Shown in pieces: positions 12,896 through 27,600 of a stretch of DNA of 64,000 bases. The translations under genes and the position numbers were made by a program. The number at the start of each line of letters is the position of its first letter. The first letter of the stretch is position 1. The notes beneath the pieces are model-generated. The model saw only the letters and a program-made list of their open reading frames with translations. It did not search any database and was not told the origin of the DNA. Origin of the DNA: Lytechinus pictus (lineage: Eukaryota). The DNA lies in the NCBI RefSeq assembly GCF_037042905.1, contig NC_087252.1:6016001-6080000 (forward strand), given 5' to 3'.

Positions 12896-15800
12896 TACAT
12901 ACACTGTTAGATTTATCATTGGGCATATCCAGTTTCACGCATACAGGTTTTAACAACGCCATTTTAGATGGTAGAAGGCGTAAGTGGGGCAGTAACTACA
13001 AGTATCGGACGTGTAATAACATTTGGCCCGGAACGCCCCCGTTGATCTGATTACAGCGCTTTGCTCCCATGCTCGTAGCAGTGGGACAGAGCCAGATCGA
13101 TACAAAACGAATTCAAGCCGAATTCCCTGTCTACTAATAATACTGAAGAAGCCGGGGAATTGTATTTGCGTTGAAGCAGCTAAGAAAACAGAGGTTGGAA
13201 CTTGGGATGGCCATGCGTTGCCGCTGGAGAGAAAAATTAACCCGGCAACAGCAATGCGTAGTTTTTGATGAAATGACGATGTGTGCGGCGGGACGATTAA
13301 ATGCTTGTCTGATGTGTTTTATTCACGAGGGGGATCCTTTCAAGACGGTCTTGTCTGCGCGGTGTTATAAGAGGTAAAACAGCGAAAGGTGCCTATAGGG
13401 TAATTGTTATAGTTAGGTTGGTAAGCATGTGAAATAAAAAGGACATTTAGAGAATGAGCTTTTCACTTTCACGGGAATAATTATGTACACTAAAGCTCAG
13501 TAGCCTGTCTATAATTGGTGAAATACTTTCGTGGGTATCACTCTAAAAACAGCACGTTTTTACAGACATAGAATAAAAGGTCTAAATAATTAAGTACGTA
13601 AAGATCGATTATTTCGATTTCCATAGATTTCATTCGTTTAAAAACAACATATAAGTAACAAAGCGAGACTTCATCTAAACACCATGAAAACATAAAAACG
13701 ATTGGCCTCTTTACGACGATTTGACTGGCTATTCTTTCAGCTAGTAGTGGATTAATGTAAAGATTTCTTCTTTTTTTTACCCACGTTGCCCATTAACTGC
13801 TTGAAGTCAGAACTCAGCCACGCATGGTGTTGGAAATAGCCGTAAACGCAAACACCTCAACACTATAACGACATAAGGGGCCGCTATACGACGATTTTAC
13901 TGATTATTTTAGCAGCGAGGAATGGATGAAAGTAGAGATTTTATCAAAACCCATTTCGCCCTTAAACTGCCTGAAGTCAGAGCTGGTGGCGTTTGAAATA
14001 AACCAACAAATCTTGAAAAGCCTTTCCATTTCAGGTGAAACCGTTCTAACAACGTCATCGACGAAGCATCAGCGCGAAACAAATGCTTTGAAAATAAACA
14101 CAGTGATGCCTTGAGTCATTAGGTGTTTGCTAAACTTACTGGGCTATCACCAAGATCAACTGTGTCGGGACTGATCCCCGCAGATCATCAGCCGAAGACA
14201 TCGCTTCGAGGATCGGGTTGATAAAAGGCCCGATCTAGAAAGTGCCGACGTTTGGACTATAGTATTTCAGGCCATGTATAAACGTTGAGACTTGTTTGCA
14301 TGATACTAGCATTAGAGTAATTCCTTTGTACGGTTACAGAATTCGGAAGATGTGGAGGGCTTCCATAATGCATTGTTACAGATGGAAAGATTACAGTTTG
14401 TAAAATAATATGGAGTTAATCCATTAGATTTGCATTTGATAAACATAGTGAGGGAAGAATTCGATTTCCTTCGTTTATCGTTATATATCTTACGGCTCGT
14501 TTCATTGCAATGATAGGAAAAAAAGCAGCCATAACATACCCATCAATTTCAGCCTGAACTCTTCAGGAATTAGCCTTGCTTAACTTGTTCAAGAAAAGTA
14601 TGCCGTATATATAGCATCTAAATGTTGATATTTGAACGGTAAAGCAAATCGATGCGAGGAATGTTATGGCATGTTTTGCTTCTTTTCCGTTTTTCTGACT
14701 CGATATTCTCGTTACGTTAATGCTTACAGAACATTCTTCATTCTTTTTTTGTTAAGAGCAAGCTGATAAGACATGTTGATACCGTGTCTATATATACACC
14801 GCATTCAGAGCGTAATGGTCAGTTCTCCTTAACGATTGGTGAACTTTATCAAGAAAACTCTAAACGTACATGGAAAAGGGGTTTCAAGTAATATGTTTTG
14901 CTGTGGAATGCGAAATTTAAAGAAAGTCATACGAGCAAGGGAAATTTATGTCAATGAAATTTTACTTGTCTTTAGTACATTATTGTACTGATAGGGTTGT
15001 CAAATATTGCAAGTATTTTAAGGCAAATACAACCTAACATTCCATAAAGGTGTACACTGCATTTTATTCATTATCCGGACTTGGAACCATTTCTTATTTG
15101 TAGGAATGAGTGTCAATTGACATGACTCGCCAAACTTAAAGTTGTGATTAATTACTTCGAACGGTTGCAAGCGAAATGCAGTCATCCCATCATTGAATTG
15201 GTGGCAATCTTCACAGTCAGTGATATCATCTTGATCAATAACCTCGGATCAAAAGGCGTGAGAAGGAAGCTTGCCTTGCAGCAACTTATGATTGGGTGTA
15301 ACACTTGGGTGACGTCCAAAGAACCAACAAATGAAATGAACCCCAAAACCTTTCCACTCTATAACTCGTCTAACACAATAAATCATTTTGCCCGTTTTCG
15401 ACGCAGTCATACCGATCAAATCGAACCCAGAACGATCAAGGTTCCTTATGTTATTGTCAATGGCACACTTTTGATCGGTTTCGCTGGTGTGACACTACCT
15501 CTACCATGTGCCGTGCAATATGCGTGGCGCCTTGAAATTAAATAAGGAACAGCTAATTGGTACGTGCTGGCCAAGGTTTCAGCCTTTCATTAGTGAAGGG
15601 ATCTTGGAATGGGAGCTTTTATTTGCCAAGGTACGGAAAAGCAGTTTATGAGGGTAGCGAGTCTGTCCCCATTGCCAGAGCCCTGATTTTGTCAGGTTTG
15701 TTCTCCTGTATGATTCAGTCACACCGATGAAACGATTAATAAATGACCGATCAAGTGCAATTCAAATAACGTAATCGCTTTGATCGTCCTGGAGTTGCTT

Positions 15801-18800
15801 TGGTTGGTGAAACTTTAGACAAAGTGTAAATAACGTCCTAACCAGCAACAATTAGCACATAGTCATGCGTTGCTCTATTGGTCAGTCACAGCCTTTCCAA
15901 CTATCATTGAAGGAAATTTGGTGAAGGGAGCGTTTTGTTTTCCTTTTTACGCCAAATCTGTAATTATTTTCTATTAAAAAAAAACATGCTTCCTATTTTA
16001 TATTCTAAAATTATTATGCGTTCCCTACTTTAAAAATGTCATCTTGGTAATGATGATTTAACCTACCCCATCGGTGTAAGTAAAAATGTATAATGACTAC
16101 AATATGCCAAGTACTGCTACGTATGTTTATTTCAAGTTCACGCTGTATTCAACAGTTTACTTCTGCAAAATGCTTTTACCACGATTGTGAAAACTATACC
16201 CTATGTTCTTTTTTTCTGTCTCTAAGTAGAAGTGAAATGAAAAGGGAATGTACCGGGAGGTATAGTTAATGATAGGAAAGGTCACAGGGCAAGCGTCCTT
16301 GCTTAGTGATTGGAGAAGATAAATCAATTTCAATCAAAATTTCAAAAATAGCATCCATGCATCTAACGTGTGCGAAGATGCTGAAAGTTCCGAAGGATGC
16401 TGATATATGTATTCATTTGACATGTTTGAGGTGTCATTGAAAGAGGTAGGGTCTGCTACAAATTTGATCAGAGTATATAATCACCTGAAAGTTTATTTCA
16501 TTTACTTTTCGAGCATGTTTATTTTACTTATAGAAACAAAATGTAATATTTCTTGTTTGGTGTCAACAAGATCTAATAAACCTAGTGCATCAATACAGTT
16601 TAACATTGATATTTTCAACACGTTCAATCCATGCTTAGAAGGCTGAAAAAAGAACTACATCTTGGTTTGTCTCACAACTCCTTACCCAAATTATTATTCC
16701 CTAAACCCTTTCTTCCCAGTCCTCTATTTTCCTTATCTTTCTTCTTTCCTTCTTTCTCTCTAATTTTTCTTTCTCTCTCTCTATCTTTCTTTCTTTATTT
16801 CTTCCTTCCCTCCTTCCGTTTTTCTTCCTTTCTTTTGTTCTATCTATCTATCTATCTATTTTTCTTTCTTTCCTTTGTTTGTTGCCGCCTTTTATTCACA
16901 GTCCTTGCCTACTCTCAGAGGAAATAAGTGTTTAATGGGTTCACATCTACGATAGATGTCTATATAAAATAATGCAAGTAATCTCCCAAAATTATTCATC
17001 TTCCCCCTCCATGTCTCTCTATCCCTGCCCCCCCCCCCCCCCGCCATGTATCTCTCTCTCTCTCTCTTTCTGACATTTTGATGACCCAAAGATCAGGGAA
17101 ACACATCATTTATCGTTCAACATTGATATTTTCAACAACTTTGAATCATGCTAAACTGAATGAAATTAACTAGATTAAGCACTCACAATTTTCCCTCACA
17201 ACAACATCCTTCTCCCCTTTTTCCTTGTTATCTCCCCCCCCCCCTCTCTCTCTCTCCCTCCCTCCCTCATTTTGCTCTCTATAATTGCTCTCAATTCACC
17301 CTCGTTACCCGTGCCCAAAAACTGTTTGTTAGTATATTCACATCTACGTTGGATGTATAAAAATATTTCAAAGTCTCCCCAAACTGTTCACACTACTTTT
17401 CTTTTTTCTCTCCCCCCCCCCTTCTTTCTACATCTTCCTCCCTTTCTTCCTCTCGTTTCTTTTTTCTTTCCCCCCCCCCCCTTCTTTCTACATCTTCCTC
17501 CCTTTCTTCCTCTCGTCCATTTGCTCGTTTTTGCTCCATTTTTTCCCTAGTTTCTATTTTTTATGTTCGTAGCTTATTTATTTTGCCGTCTCTATTTTTC
17601 AATTCATCCTTGTCCACTGTTTTCCCATCCTTGCCTTCTTGTGAACGGATATGAATATCCCCTCATCTTTTGTATCTTAATATTACCAGTTTCATTTCAC
17701 TATTTCCAACTTGCCTAGTCCCCCTTGTTTTGTAAGAAACGATGAAGCAGAAAACACATGCTTTAGAGAGGGCATTAACATATATTATGATATTGAAGAA
17801 ACTTTGAAACAGCGTAGTAAACTAATATTTGAACGAATGGTACTGCTAGCGGAGTTCCTAATGGGTTCATTGCATCTGCGGATCATCTACAATTAGCGGT
17901 CTTTTGGTGTCTTTATTGCCCGCATTCCAGAAGTTATTCTTCTCTCGTGAAGAAAGGACGACATGAGGTCAAAGAAATTAGTAGGTATAAGATTTAATGA
18001 TACATCTGTAGATCATTACAGTTCCTAAGTAAATAGATAATTTACAGAAGGTTCATCCTTTCAAGTGAATACAAGACACCGCCGAGGTAGTGAGGTATTG
18101 CTATTGAACGGTTATGATTAGGAGGATTTCAAGGGGCCGAACACAAGTATTGCAGAAAAAAATCATTGATCAAAACCAGGTAAAGAGAAATAACAACACA
18201 ACTCGTGGCTCCACCTTCAGGGGTTACTAGAATAAATTGAAAGTAGGTCAAATCCCTGACATGATGATAGACAGAATAGAAACGCATTTCATGATGTAGT
18301 TTTTACCAATCACTGATTGCGATCGTAGTACGAGGTAATATTTTTTTAACATTACATGACGAAGTTTCTTCTGATGCTCTTTCATTTTTATGAACAAACG
18401 TAACAGTATGAAATGATTGGAACTGTATGACATTTATCAGGCGGAAAACACATTAGCTAACTATCATGACTAAACTGACATTGATTACATATATGTTGTG
18501 ACGCATTGGTGTGTTGAGCTCCTTGAAATATGCATCAGAACTTGTTATATTGCCCTGAAGCAGTTCTTTTAGTAAGATTAAATCTAAGGGAAGGATCCAA
18601 ACAAAGTTCTATTCAAGGATTTCGGCTCCTTTAATACATTCTATTTTTGTGATATCCAGTGCTTTCACACTTATTTTTACCATTTAATTTGTTTTACACT
18701 TATATGTCGGGAATGACCATTTCCAGTTAAATTGGGAATCAAATTACGAAACAAAATGTCAGTTAAGAGACTTGCGCTCTTTTCGATCCCCATGAAAGTG

Positions 18801-19794
18801 AAAGTTCTTGCCATCGCCCTTGGGAAATGTAATCATTTGTTTACTATATCCATCAAGACATTAGTTATATCCACTGTATGCATTAGGAGTGACACGAAGA
18901 TATGCATTCGCGATATTAATGGGCATTCGGGTCGTTACACTCTCTCAGTACTCAGCAGAATTTAAATCTTAGAAGGTCGTCGAAGAGGAGCAAGGAGATC
19001 TAGTGCACGGATGCTGGCAAAAAAAGTCCTTCCTTTCACTAATGGATCCTATCCTAATAGGACAAAGACTAAATATTATGGAAAGTAAAAGTACAATGCT
19101 CTGTGGCATAAAGAAAGCTGTTTATTAAAAACTTGACACTAATAGCGATGTGTCATTAATATCAACAGGTCACTGAAAGGGTTGTAGTAATGGAGAAACG
19201 CATCTGTCATATCTGAGTAGATTGGGCGTGTTAGGGATTGTAAGCGAATCCAGTAGGTAAGAGAATGAAAGAAGTGAGGCACTGAAAGAAGGAGAAAGGT
19301 ACACAGCTTATAGATGAGTGACCTACTAATATTTAGGAACATAGATATTAAAATTACAGATCAACTGGGACATGCATACATGAAAAAATCAGCGATAAAT
19401 CAAAGTTACATGAATTATTCATGAGTGATCAGTACAAGTAAGATATCGTCAATAAGAAATAAAAAGCCAAACTTAATCCGATCTTGGAAAGAATAGCATC
19501 TATCTAAAGGATTGACGAAACGTGTTCGTGTGTTTAAAAGGAACTAAACCCTAACTCATATAAAAAGAAAACGAAACCATTTTCCCTTCAACATGTTCAT
19601 CGTTTTTATTTAAAAAAATATCAAAACAATTTTATTTGAAAATTGTTATTCTAGTCATATTTGACTCTTTCTAGTAGTATTTTACTAAAACAGGGTTATT
19701 TCTAACGAGAATATATGTCAGAAATGTGACTAGTATATCAGTTATCAGTTGTCTCGTCAATTTGACCGATTTGTTTTAAAAAGTGTATATTATT

Positions 19795-19848
<54 letters not shown>

Positions 19849-20240
19849 GTAATAACGGAAAATTGCTACAAGGATTAGATATTACTAGGAGTTTTGGTGT
19901 TTGTTTTGTAAGAATATCATGTAACACATAATTATCTTTGAAGATATACGGCAGTGATCATAAGTTTCATCTAGTTATTTGCTTCGGTACGGGATCTTCA
20001 AAAGATGTATCATGTATCCAATATAATTGTATTATCAGCGTTGGTCTTCATCAAGTTCGTTCCACTTCGATCGTACAAAAATAGATCGAGGCTCACAGCA
20101 TTTAGGTTTAGTTGCAGACGATAGATGGAGAATGTGGGGGGGGGGGACTGGAGATTGGGGTTCTATCAAAGTAAAGGAGGTAATTAGAAAATATTGAGAA
20201 AATAGAGATAGGGTCATGGTGTTCTATATAAGATACCATA

Positions 20241-20625
20241 CACTGCAGAAAAACCGGTGTTGATTTAACACCATCTCGGTATCTAGATTGGTCCACACCA
20301 GAGAGGTGTTTAAACAACACCAGATAAGAATCACACCGATATTGATTTAACACTAATTGGATTTGCTTAAATGCCGAGATGGTGTTAGCCTAACGCCAAA
20401 CCGGTGTTGTTTCAACACCAGAGAATCGGAGAAAACACAAGAGAAGCGTTGAAACAACACCAGTTGAATCAAACCGATATTCGTTTAACACTAATTGGTG
20501 TTGCTTAAATGCCAAATTAGTGTTAGCCTAATTCCAGACTGGTGTTGTTTCAACACCTCTCTGGTGTGGACTGATATATATATATATCAGGCTGGTGTTA
20601 AATTAACACCGGCGTTTTGGCGGTG
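20241..20625. mobile_element. Longer, diverged member of the CACTG MITE family (copy C)
   Basis: ta|cactgcagaaaaaccggtgttgatttaacacc ... ggtgttaaattaacaccggcgttttggcggtg|ta, with an internally duplicated block. Confidence 0.7.
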
Positions 20626-22486
20626 TATCCTTCGGGCAAGCGTTGATATTGCGCCCCCGTTCACGTTCTGACACTGCTTGCACCATTTCTTGTATGAAGG
20701 ATTGAATAAGTGGGGGAGAATGGAGGGGGCACTTCCTAGTACCCCTATTTCCACGTCTTCTGCAAAGCCGTGTAGCGTTTAACAGCACTTACCATGATCT
20801 AACCCAAACATGTCAATTGGGGTGAGGTGAAATGAATTACAGATATGGGAATAGATTTTACGCATGGAATAATGGTTGTGGAGGGGATTGTGAAGAAAAG
20901 GTGAGGTAAATACAGACAGACAAATACAGGGAAGACGTCGAATGAGGAAAAATATAATAAGAAACAAACCAAAAAAATTTACACAGTATGCAAGACATAA
21001 AATACAGAGAGGAGAAATAAAGATGCGGAGAAAATTAGATGTGGGAGAACGAAAAAAAACATGTACGACTGAGAGGGGCGGCTAAGGGAACGATAGATAG
21101 CCGAAGAGATAATCGATATTGCTCATTAAACTGTTCGAAGCGGATTGTTTCTGTCAGTATTGCGGCATTATATCAAGGGTATCGGATGAGCAACTAATCT
21201 CCCACAGCCAATGCAATGAAAAAGTAATGTAATGTAAATACTCCAAACCTTGAAGCATGGTAAACAAATACCTTTAAGAAGATGGGTAATAAAAAAAGGA
21301 GGGACTGTTTTACGTGCTCTCAACTTTTCTTCTCATCTTATAATAATTCAAAATTAAATAACATGAAGCTGTCGGAACAATATCAAATTAAATCACTACT
21401 GTACTTTTTAGCATATATAAATGACAAGTTTTCTCAAAGAAGGCATTCGCCCTTTTCTGTTAATAGAAGAGGAAGAGACATAGATTTATAAGAGGCAAGA
21501 TACATATCTAAAAGAGCATGCCACCTGCTATGGCACTTAGTACTGCAAACCCTTTCTAGGCAATATCACGCCTACTAATGGATGGAAATTGGGTTTGGGG
21601 TACTTTTTATGATAACCATAATATCTTCTTTTCTTCTTATAAAGTCGATGATAGATTTTACACCAAGAAGCAGAGAATAAACTTTCCTCATTAGAGTAAC
21701 GTGTTAAAAAGCTGTCCGGCTGCACTACAAAGCTCAAGGCTGAGTCTAGCCGTCTGTAAACTTGTCACTTTTTTGCTATGGTGGAGGTGAAGAACAAACA
21801 CAAAAGAGCGGAAGCGCCAGCCCGGATGTAAATGTGCCGCCATGCATCCGTGAATATCCAATGGGTGTGAATGGCTACCCTCTGCAGAGATGAAAGCACC
21901 AGGACCTCTGTGCAGTGCCCTAGATAGTGCATATAGCGCCATGTTAATGTTCGTCAAAATAATCTATGAAAGAAGTTTTTTTTTTCATTTGTGAATGACA
22001 TATTTAATTATATTATTGACATGGAGAATCAGTTAACACTCTAAAAACACATGGTATACAAATAAAACATGCATTATACTGCACTAACCTATTATTGACG
22101 TCAGAGAATAGTAAATTTTCTTTCGGGCATTTTTCAACAATATAGCTAGAAAATGTTTGGTCACAAGATGCTGTTCAACCAATCACTTTGCAGGATTTAA
22201 TTCTATGTAGGATATGATAGACTTATTGATTTGCTAAGAGGGAATATGATCGGTTGGGGGATAATAGTACCTTCTTGATAAAATGCATGGGCATTCAAAA
22301 TGCATTGACACTGTTCTAACAAAATAAATAAAAAGAAGAATTCCACAGGATATCCCACGGTTTCATCACAGTGCGAAACACAGTATGAAATCACCCACAC
22401 TATTAAGCGTGAAAATCTTACTTTCAGATTGTCTACTACATGTATGTGAACACGTTGTGAACACACTGTCATGACTGTGGACAAAG

Positions 22487-22759
22487 TGTCCCGTATTATG
22501 AACTCGGATTTAATTCAAACTCTGGTCTAAACTTGTGGTTTAACTTTGGAAAGTCAAATACAACAGGTATATCTAACACTAAACTTCAATATTTTAGCTG
22601 GCCATAATAGACTGACTGAGAATAATTACTGAAATATTTCGCTTCATCGTTAAACCATGAAGAAAAAGCCAGGTAAAGGTAGGAAAAATGTTAAATAAAT
22701 TCAATTCATCTGGCTTCCCATAATTTCAACACAGAGTTAGACCTTCCGAATACGGGACA
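22487..22759. mobile_element. Degenerate MITE
   Basis: TIR tgtcccgtatt / aatacgggaca. Confidence 0.45.
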
Positions 22760-22852
22760 GTGTGTTCTTTCCAGTTAAAACTCTTCTTGGAGTATTTCGG
22801 AGGAACGTCATACCAAGTACCAAGTATTAGCGGACGTTTAGGGGTGATCTTA

Positions 22853-23303
22853 AGACCCAGTCATCATGGTCACGCATAGACGCCGGACCACACCAGATCT
22901 GACGCCTGGGGCATCATTGGATGTCTGCGTAGGTCCCTACACGTCCTAGAGGCCGCACGGCAGTTTTGGGAGGTCAATATCATCCTGCTTCATTGTTGGA
23001 CTGTCTTGTTGATAGAGCGATCCGGGATGGTCCTTGTAGCTGTCTTGCAAGTCCGTGTGACTGCCGCGTTGGTCCGTGTAGCTGCCATGTTGGTCCGTGC
23101 TGTCGCTCTGATGGTCCGTATAGACGCCGTGATATACAAACATGGTCTGTGTAGATCCGTGTAAAGGTCGTGTAGATGCCCTGTTGATCCGGATAATCCG
23201 TGCCACTGCCTTGTTGATAGCCATGTGTACAGTCATCAAGGCTCATCGACACTCGTCTGCCTTGCAGATCCTTGAGGATCCGCTATAAAATGTGACTGGG
23301 GCT
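22853..23303. mobile_element. PIF/Harbinger-like MITE
   Basis: tta|agacccagtca ... tgactggggct|tta (TIR plus TTA TSD); GC-rich interior with ~21-bp repeats containing ggtccgtg. Confidence 0.65.
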
Positions 23304-24539
23304 TTAACAGAAACTTACTTTAACTTCCGGAGCTTCCCCCGGGGCAAGCTGAATTAAGCTCATAGGCATTTCCCATGCACTGTGTTAATACATGTACACT
23401 GAAAACTAGAGCCTGTAGATTCTCAGAATTGTTTACTGTATATAGGGAACATCTAAATGCTCCTGAAGTTTGATCGGGCCAAATCTCTGATGAGATACTA
23501 ACCGTGACCTGTATCCTTCGACGGTACGTGGTGGAATCTGACCGAAATAGCGAGTACGAAGATTGAGAATAGGAGGATGCTCTCTAGCCGGAGGGTTCCC
23601 GGGCAAAATTGGGGAGAACCTGAAACCCTGCACCTTTCGCCTTCTTCAAATAAAAAGCAGAAGTTCGTCACTCTTCCAAACGAATTACGCCGTGGAATTG
23701 ATGATCGGTTTACACGAGTGAATCAACGGCAATTAGATAAAGTGCCTTCCATGGATTGGGTTACGTCACTCCCACCTGTATGTGACCAACATATCAGAGC
23801 GCATGCGAATTCAGTTGTCCAGGCATCACCCAAAAATTAGGCAAGGGAGGGCTAGTGGGGGGATGGGGAGCCATTATGCTTATAAGCTTACAAATCGTAA
23901 TAATTAAAATTTGAATACTTCCTATATAGGTATTCGGTATAGGCCTACAGTGTACAACGATTTTCACTGAACTGGGTTATTTCTGAAAATAAGTAATGCT
24001 ACAAATAATAATCTTTGGCGTATTTTGTCGTGTTCATTTTCCCCTAAGATGTAATGGATAATATTTGAATACTTCCTATAGGTATTGGTCTTCGGCATAC
24101 AGTGTACAAAGATTTTCACTGAACTAGGTTTATTTCTGTAACGAATTAACGTTACAAATGTATTTTTTCTGCTTATTTTTCCCTTAAAGTGTGTTCTAGG
24201 ATTGACAAGCGTTATTGGATAATTAAATAGAGAACATGCTGTTGCCGTGGCAATTGCTTATTTCCAGCCAAGACAGTTTTAATTGAAAAGAAAAAAATCG
24301 ATTACAGTTTACGCACATTTATTTCAAAATGTATTTACCTTCTTCTATTAAATTCTCTCTCAATAAATTTGTGATTTGTTATTATCTAAAAATAGAATTT
24401 AAGAACATCATTAATCAAAGCAATGATTCATACAATAGACACTCTAAAGATTACGATGATTAAGAGGATCAGAATAATGTTTATTTATGATAATTAGCAT
24501 CGTAATGGTGATTGTTGCGAAAGTGATGGGATTAATGAC

Positions 24540-24675
24540 CCTGATGACGATGACGATTATGATGATGATGATGATGATGACGACGATGATGATCGTGATG
24601 ATGTTGATGATGGTGATGAAGATAATGGAAATGACAATGACGGTAATACTGATAGTTGTAGCAATAATGATGATA
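24540..24675. repeat. Degenerate (GAT)n microsatellite
   Basis: Direct reading of sequence. Confidence 0.9.
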
Positions 24676-27600
24676 TAGATTGATTTGAAATGATAATAGC
24701 GATTTTTACATTGCATTACTCATTTTTACATTTGTTATGGATGGCAGTATAGGCCCTACCATAAAGCTTAATCTAATACATCGGAATGACGTATCTCAGC
24801 ACTTAACATATATTATCGACATCATATGAGACTGGATATGGTAGAGTCTAGCTAAATAATGATAAAAAAAACATCTGAGTATTCTTAAGAATTCATTCTC
24901 GACACGATAGTCCTATAAGACCAAGGTTATGACCCAATCTCAGAGAATGAATTCAAACAATAATCAGAAGCAAATTTAATTAGGCTGAGGTAAAACCCCG
25001 TCTATGTCTGAGTCTCCTCATTGATACCAATCTTAATTATGTACAATGTAAACTATGAACCTATACAATCTAATATGTAGCATTGTAGTTGGGGCATGTA
25101 ATAGATGTAATGAGGGAACACAATCAATAAACTTCATTAGTATTGAACCTTGAACCAAGGATTGAAATCATAATTATTGGACGGAAACAGAAAGGCGCCA
25201 GCCTTGGAGGCCGAGCACCAGTGCTAACGCTGCATCTTGTTACAGTCACACCTACGAAAAGGGCTCCAGACCGACCGATGGTACGTCATCGGAAACAACG
25301 TACTAGAAATGGTAAGTTTGAAATCAGTTACGCTGGGGTGACGAGGGCACCTATTTTTAGGGTCCTTACTATTTCATTATAGCTTCTTTTTTTTTCTAGA
25401 TGGGTAGAATATGTACCGTGACCTTTTCCCCCTTCTATTGCCATTCAGTAATGGCAAATTGAATTTGATTAATTCAAAACCAAGTTTACATTGCTCGAGA
25501 CGTCATCTAGTATATAGGCCTATAGTTACAGTGTAAAGCTAAATCTTAATTTATCAGCCAGCGGAGTAATTGTATGATCTCGAGCAGATTTGAGCAGCAT
25601 GAGCATAACACGCTCTGTGAAGCATAACTCATTAGAAATGAATGCATATTGATAATGCACAAATGCTGATAAACAGTGAATGGGTGTAATTTTAACTTTG
25701 GGGAAAACACTGTGTAGATCTACTTTGCAGTATAATTCAACTTAGCAGTATAATTCAATTTTATAATAATCTATTTCAATATAGTTTTTTAATGAAATTA
25801 TAAACCACTTTTCGTTTGCCGATATCTACCGGTCAACCCTAATGAAATCGTCTGTATCTATTCCAATTGCTCCATGATAGAATGTGTCCATTATCAATCA
25901 CATCTTACCCTATATGACCAGTAAATGGCATTGCCATTGCAGATAGCGATGGTGAGATTGAGCTTTGTAGACTCAGCTGAGTACACGTTAAACATCACGG
26001 ACCATCTCACCCACTCTTAAAAAATCAAATATTACTTCCTCATAAATCACTTGTTGATGTTTCGGTGCGTTCCCACTGCCATTATTGTATTCAGGGTATA
26101 TGGCATACTTCTTGAATTCGTTGGTCAGTCATTAATCATTAATAATTATTGTTAAAGGCTTCTGAAATCATTCATTATGATAAGCTGAGAACTATATACT
26201 GAACCGGGGGTTCGAATTGGTTTATTTTATATTTTGTTATGATTAAAGCAACGGGTTAATAAAGGAGCTTAGTCCCAGCGTATGACATTTGATTTAGAAA
26301 CCTCATATCTACATTCGTTTTTATTTTAATCGATTTTTTTTTAAAGAATCATCTGTTAACCAATATTACTAACAAATGCATCGATTTGAGAAGCTGATAA
26401 GAGAATTTATTTCACATTAATTCTGCCTTTATTTGATATTGCTGACAGCTCACTTCATGAAAAGTTTCAAATAAAAGAAAAAAATTGACAAGGAAGGCCG
26501 AATGACGTTGCCTAAAACTTCAAGTGTTTATTTTATATATATGAGAATTCCGGTTTCAAAATTCCCTGCAGCAGCGAAAATCGATACATGACAAGTCTTT
26601 TTTTCTCTTTCGTACCAGTTTCTTCTAGAATTGACGATAGATAAACAGGAAATAGATACATAAATATCCAAGCACTGTTATACGGATCACACGAGTGAAA
26701 TTGTATATCCCGTTCGGATATACACTTCCATTTCCAAGATATAATATAATTTAGAGGAGAAAGTCATCATTTTCGTTTATATCGATTTCATGTGCGTCGC
26801 GAATTTGCAATTTAGAGATGTAATCCTTCCTGAGGCGAAATATGAAATCGCAAGTACGAATAATTATAAAGCTTGGATTAAGAACGTTAATGGAATCAAT
26901 TTTAATTTAATACAATTATTTTCGAAAGGAATACTGAGAAGCGGATTGGTGAGAGATGCAATATAATTGTTAACGCATTATCGGGATGTTTCCGGGCAAT
27001 ATCGATAGGAATGGGGATGTAATTGTGCAATTATTCTAGAATTGCATTCAAACACGCCTCATTCTTATCAATTACAAGCATTATAATACCAGTTTATATC
27101 AATGAATTAGTTTCAATTTGTTGGTGGATGTAGATAAGTAAATTACGTTTATACCGTAGGTAAAATTCCTGGTACTCTTGGTATTGTCGAGTAGAATAGA
27201 GTCAATAAACTCCGAGCATGGCAAGGTGTTTGTGTGTGTTGTGGGGTGGGGTACGGTGATATATTTAATGCTACCAAACCCTTTTTAACGTAGTTTCATT
27301 ATCTTACTCCCTAGCACTCGATAAAATGCCTGCGACCTATCATCGCTTTCATTGCTCGAAGTACTTATCACGCTAGCTAATAAATACATGCAAATATATT
27401 TAACAGAAACTTGATTTGGGGGGGGGGGGGATAATCCCCAGTCATTCGCTGGTGTTCTTTCCTTTTTTTGTATGTTTTTTTTACTTCGATATTGTATGTT
27501 TGAATATTGTATGATGATTATTGTCAATGTCCTGAAATTGACTATTGTATGAGCATAACGTGTACCTGGAAATGAAATAAAAAGAATATGTGTGTGCGTG

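Noticed and set aside
22946..23252. Repetitive ORFs (TDQHGSYTDQRGSH...)
   Set aside because: Lie within a Harbinger-like MITE with internal ~21-bp repeats
23410..23432. Resemblance to miR-10 (cctgtagat...gaatt)
   Set aside because: Multiple mismatches and indels against the mature sequence, and no precursor hairpin seen
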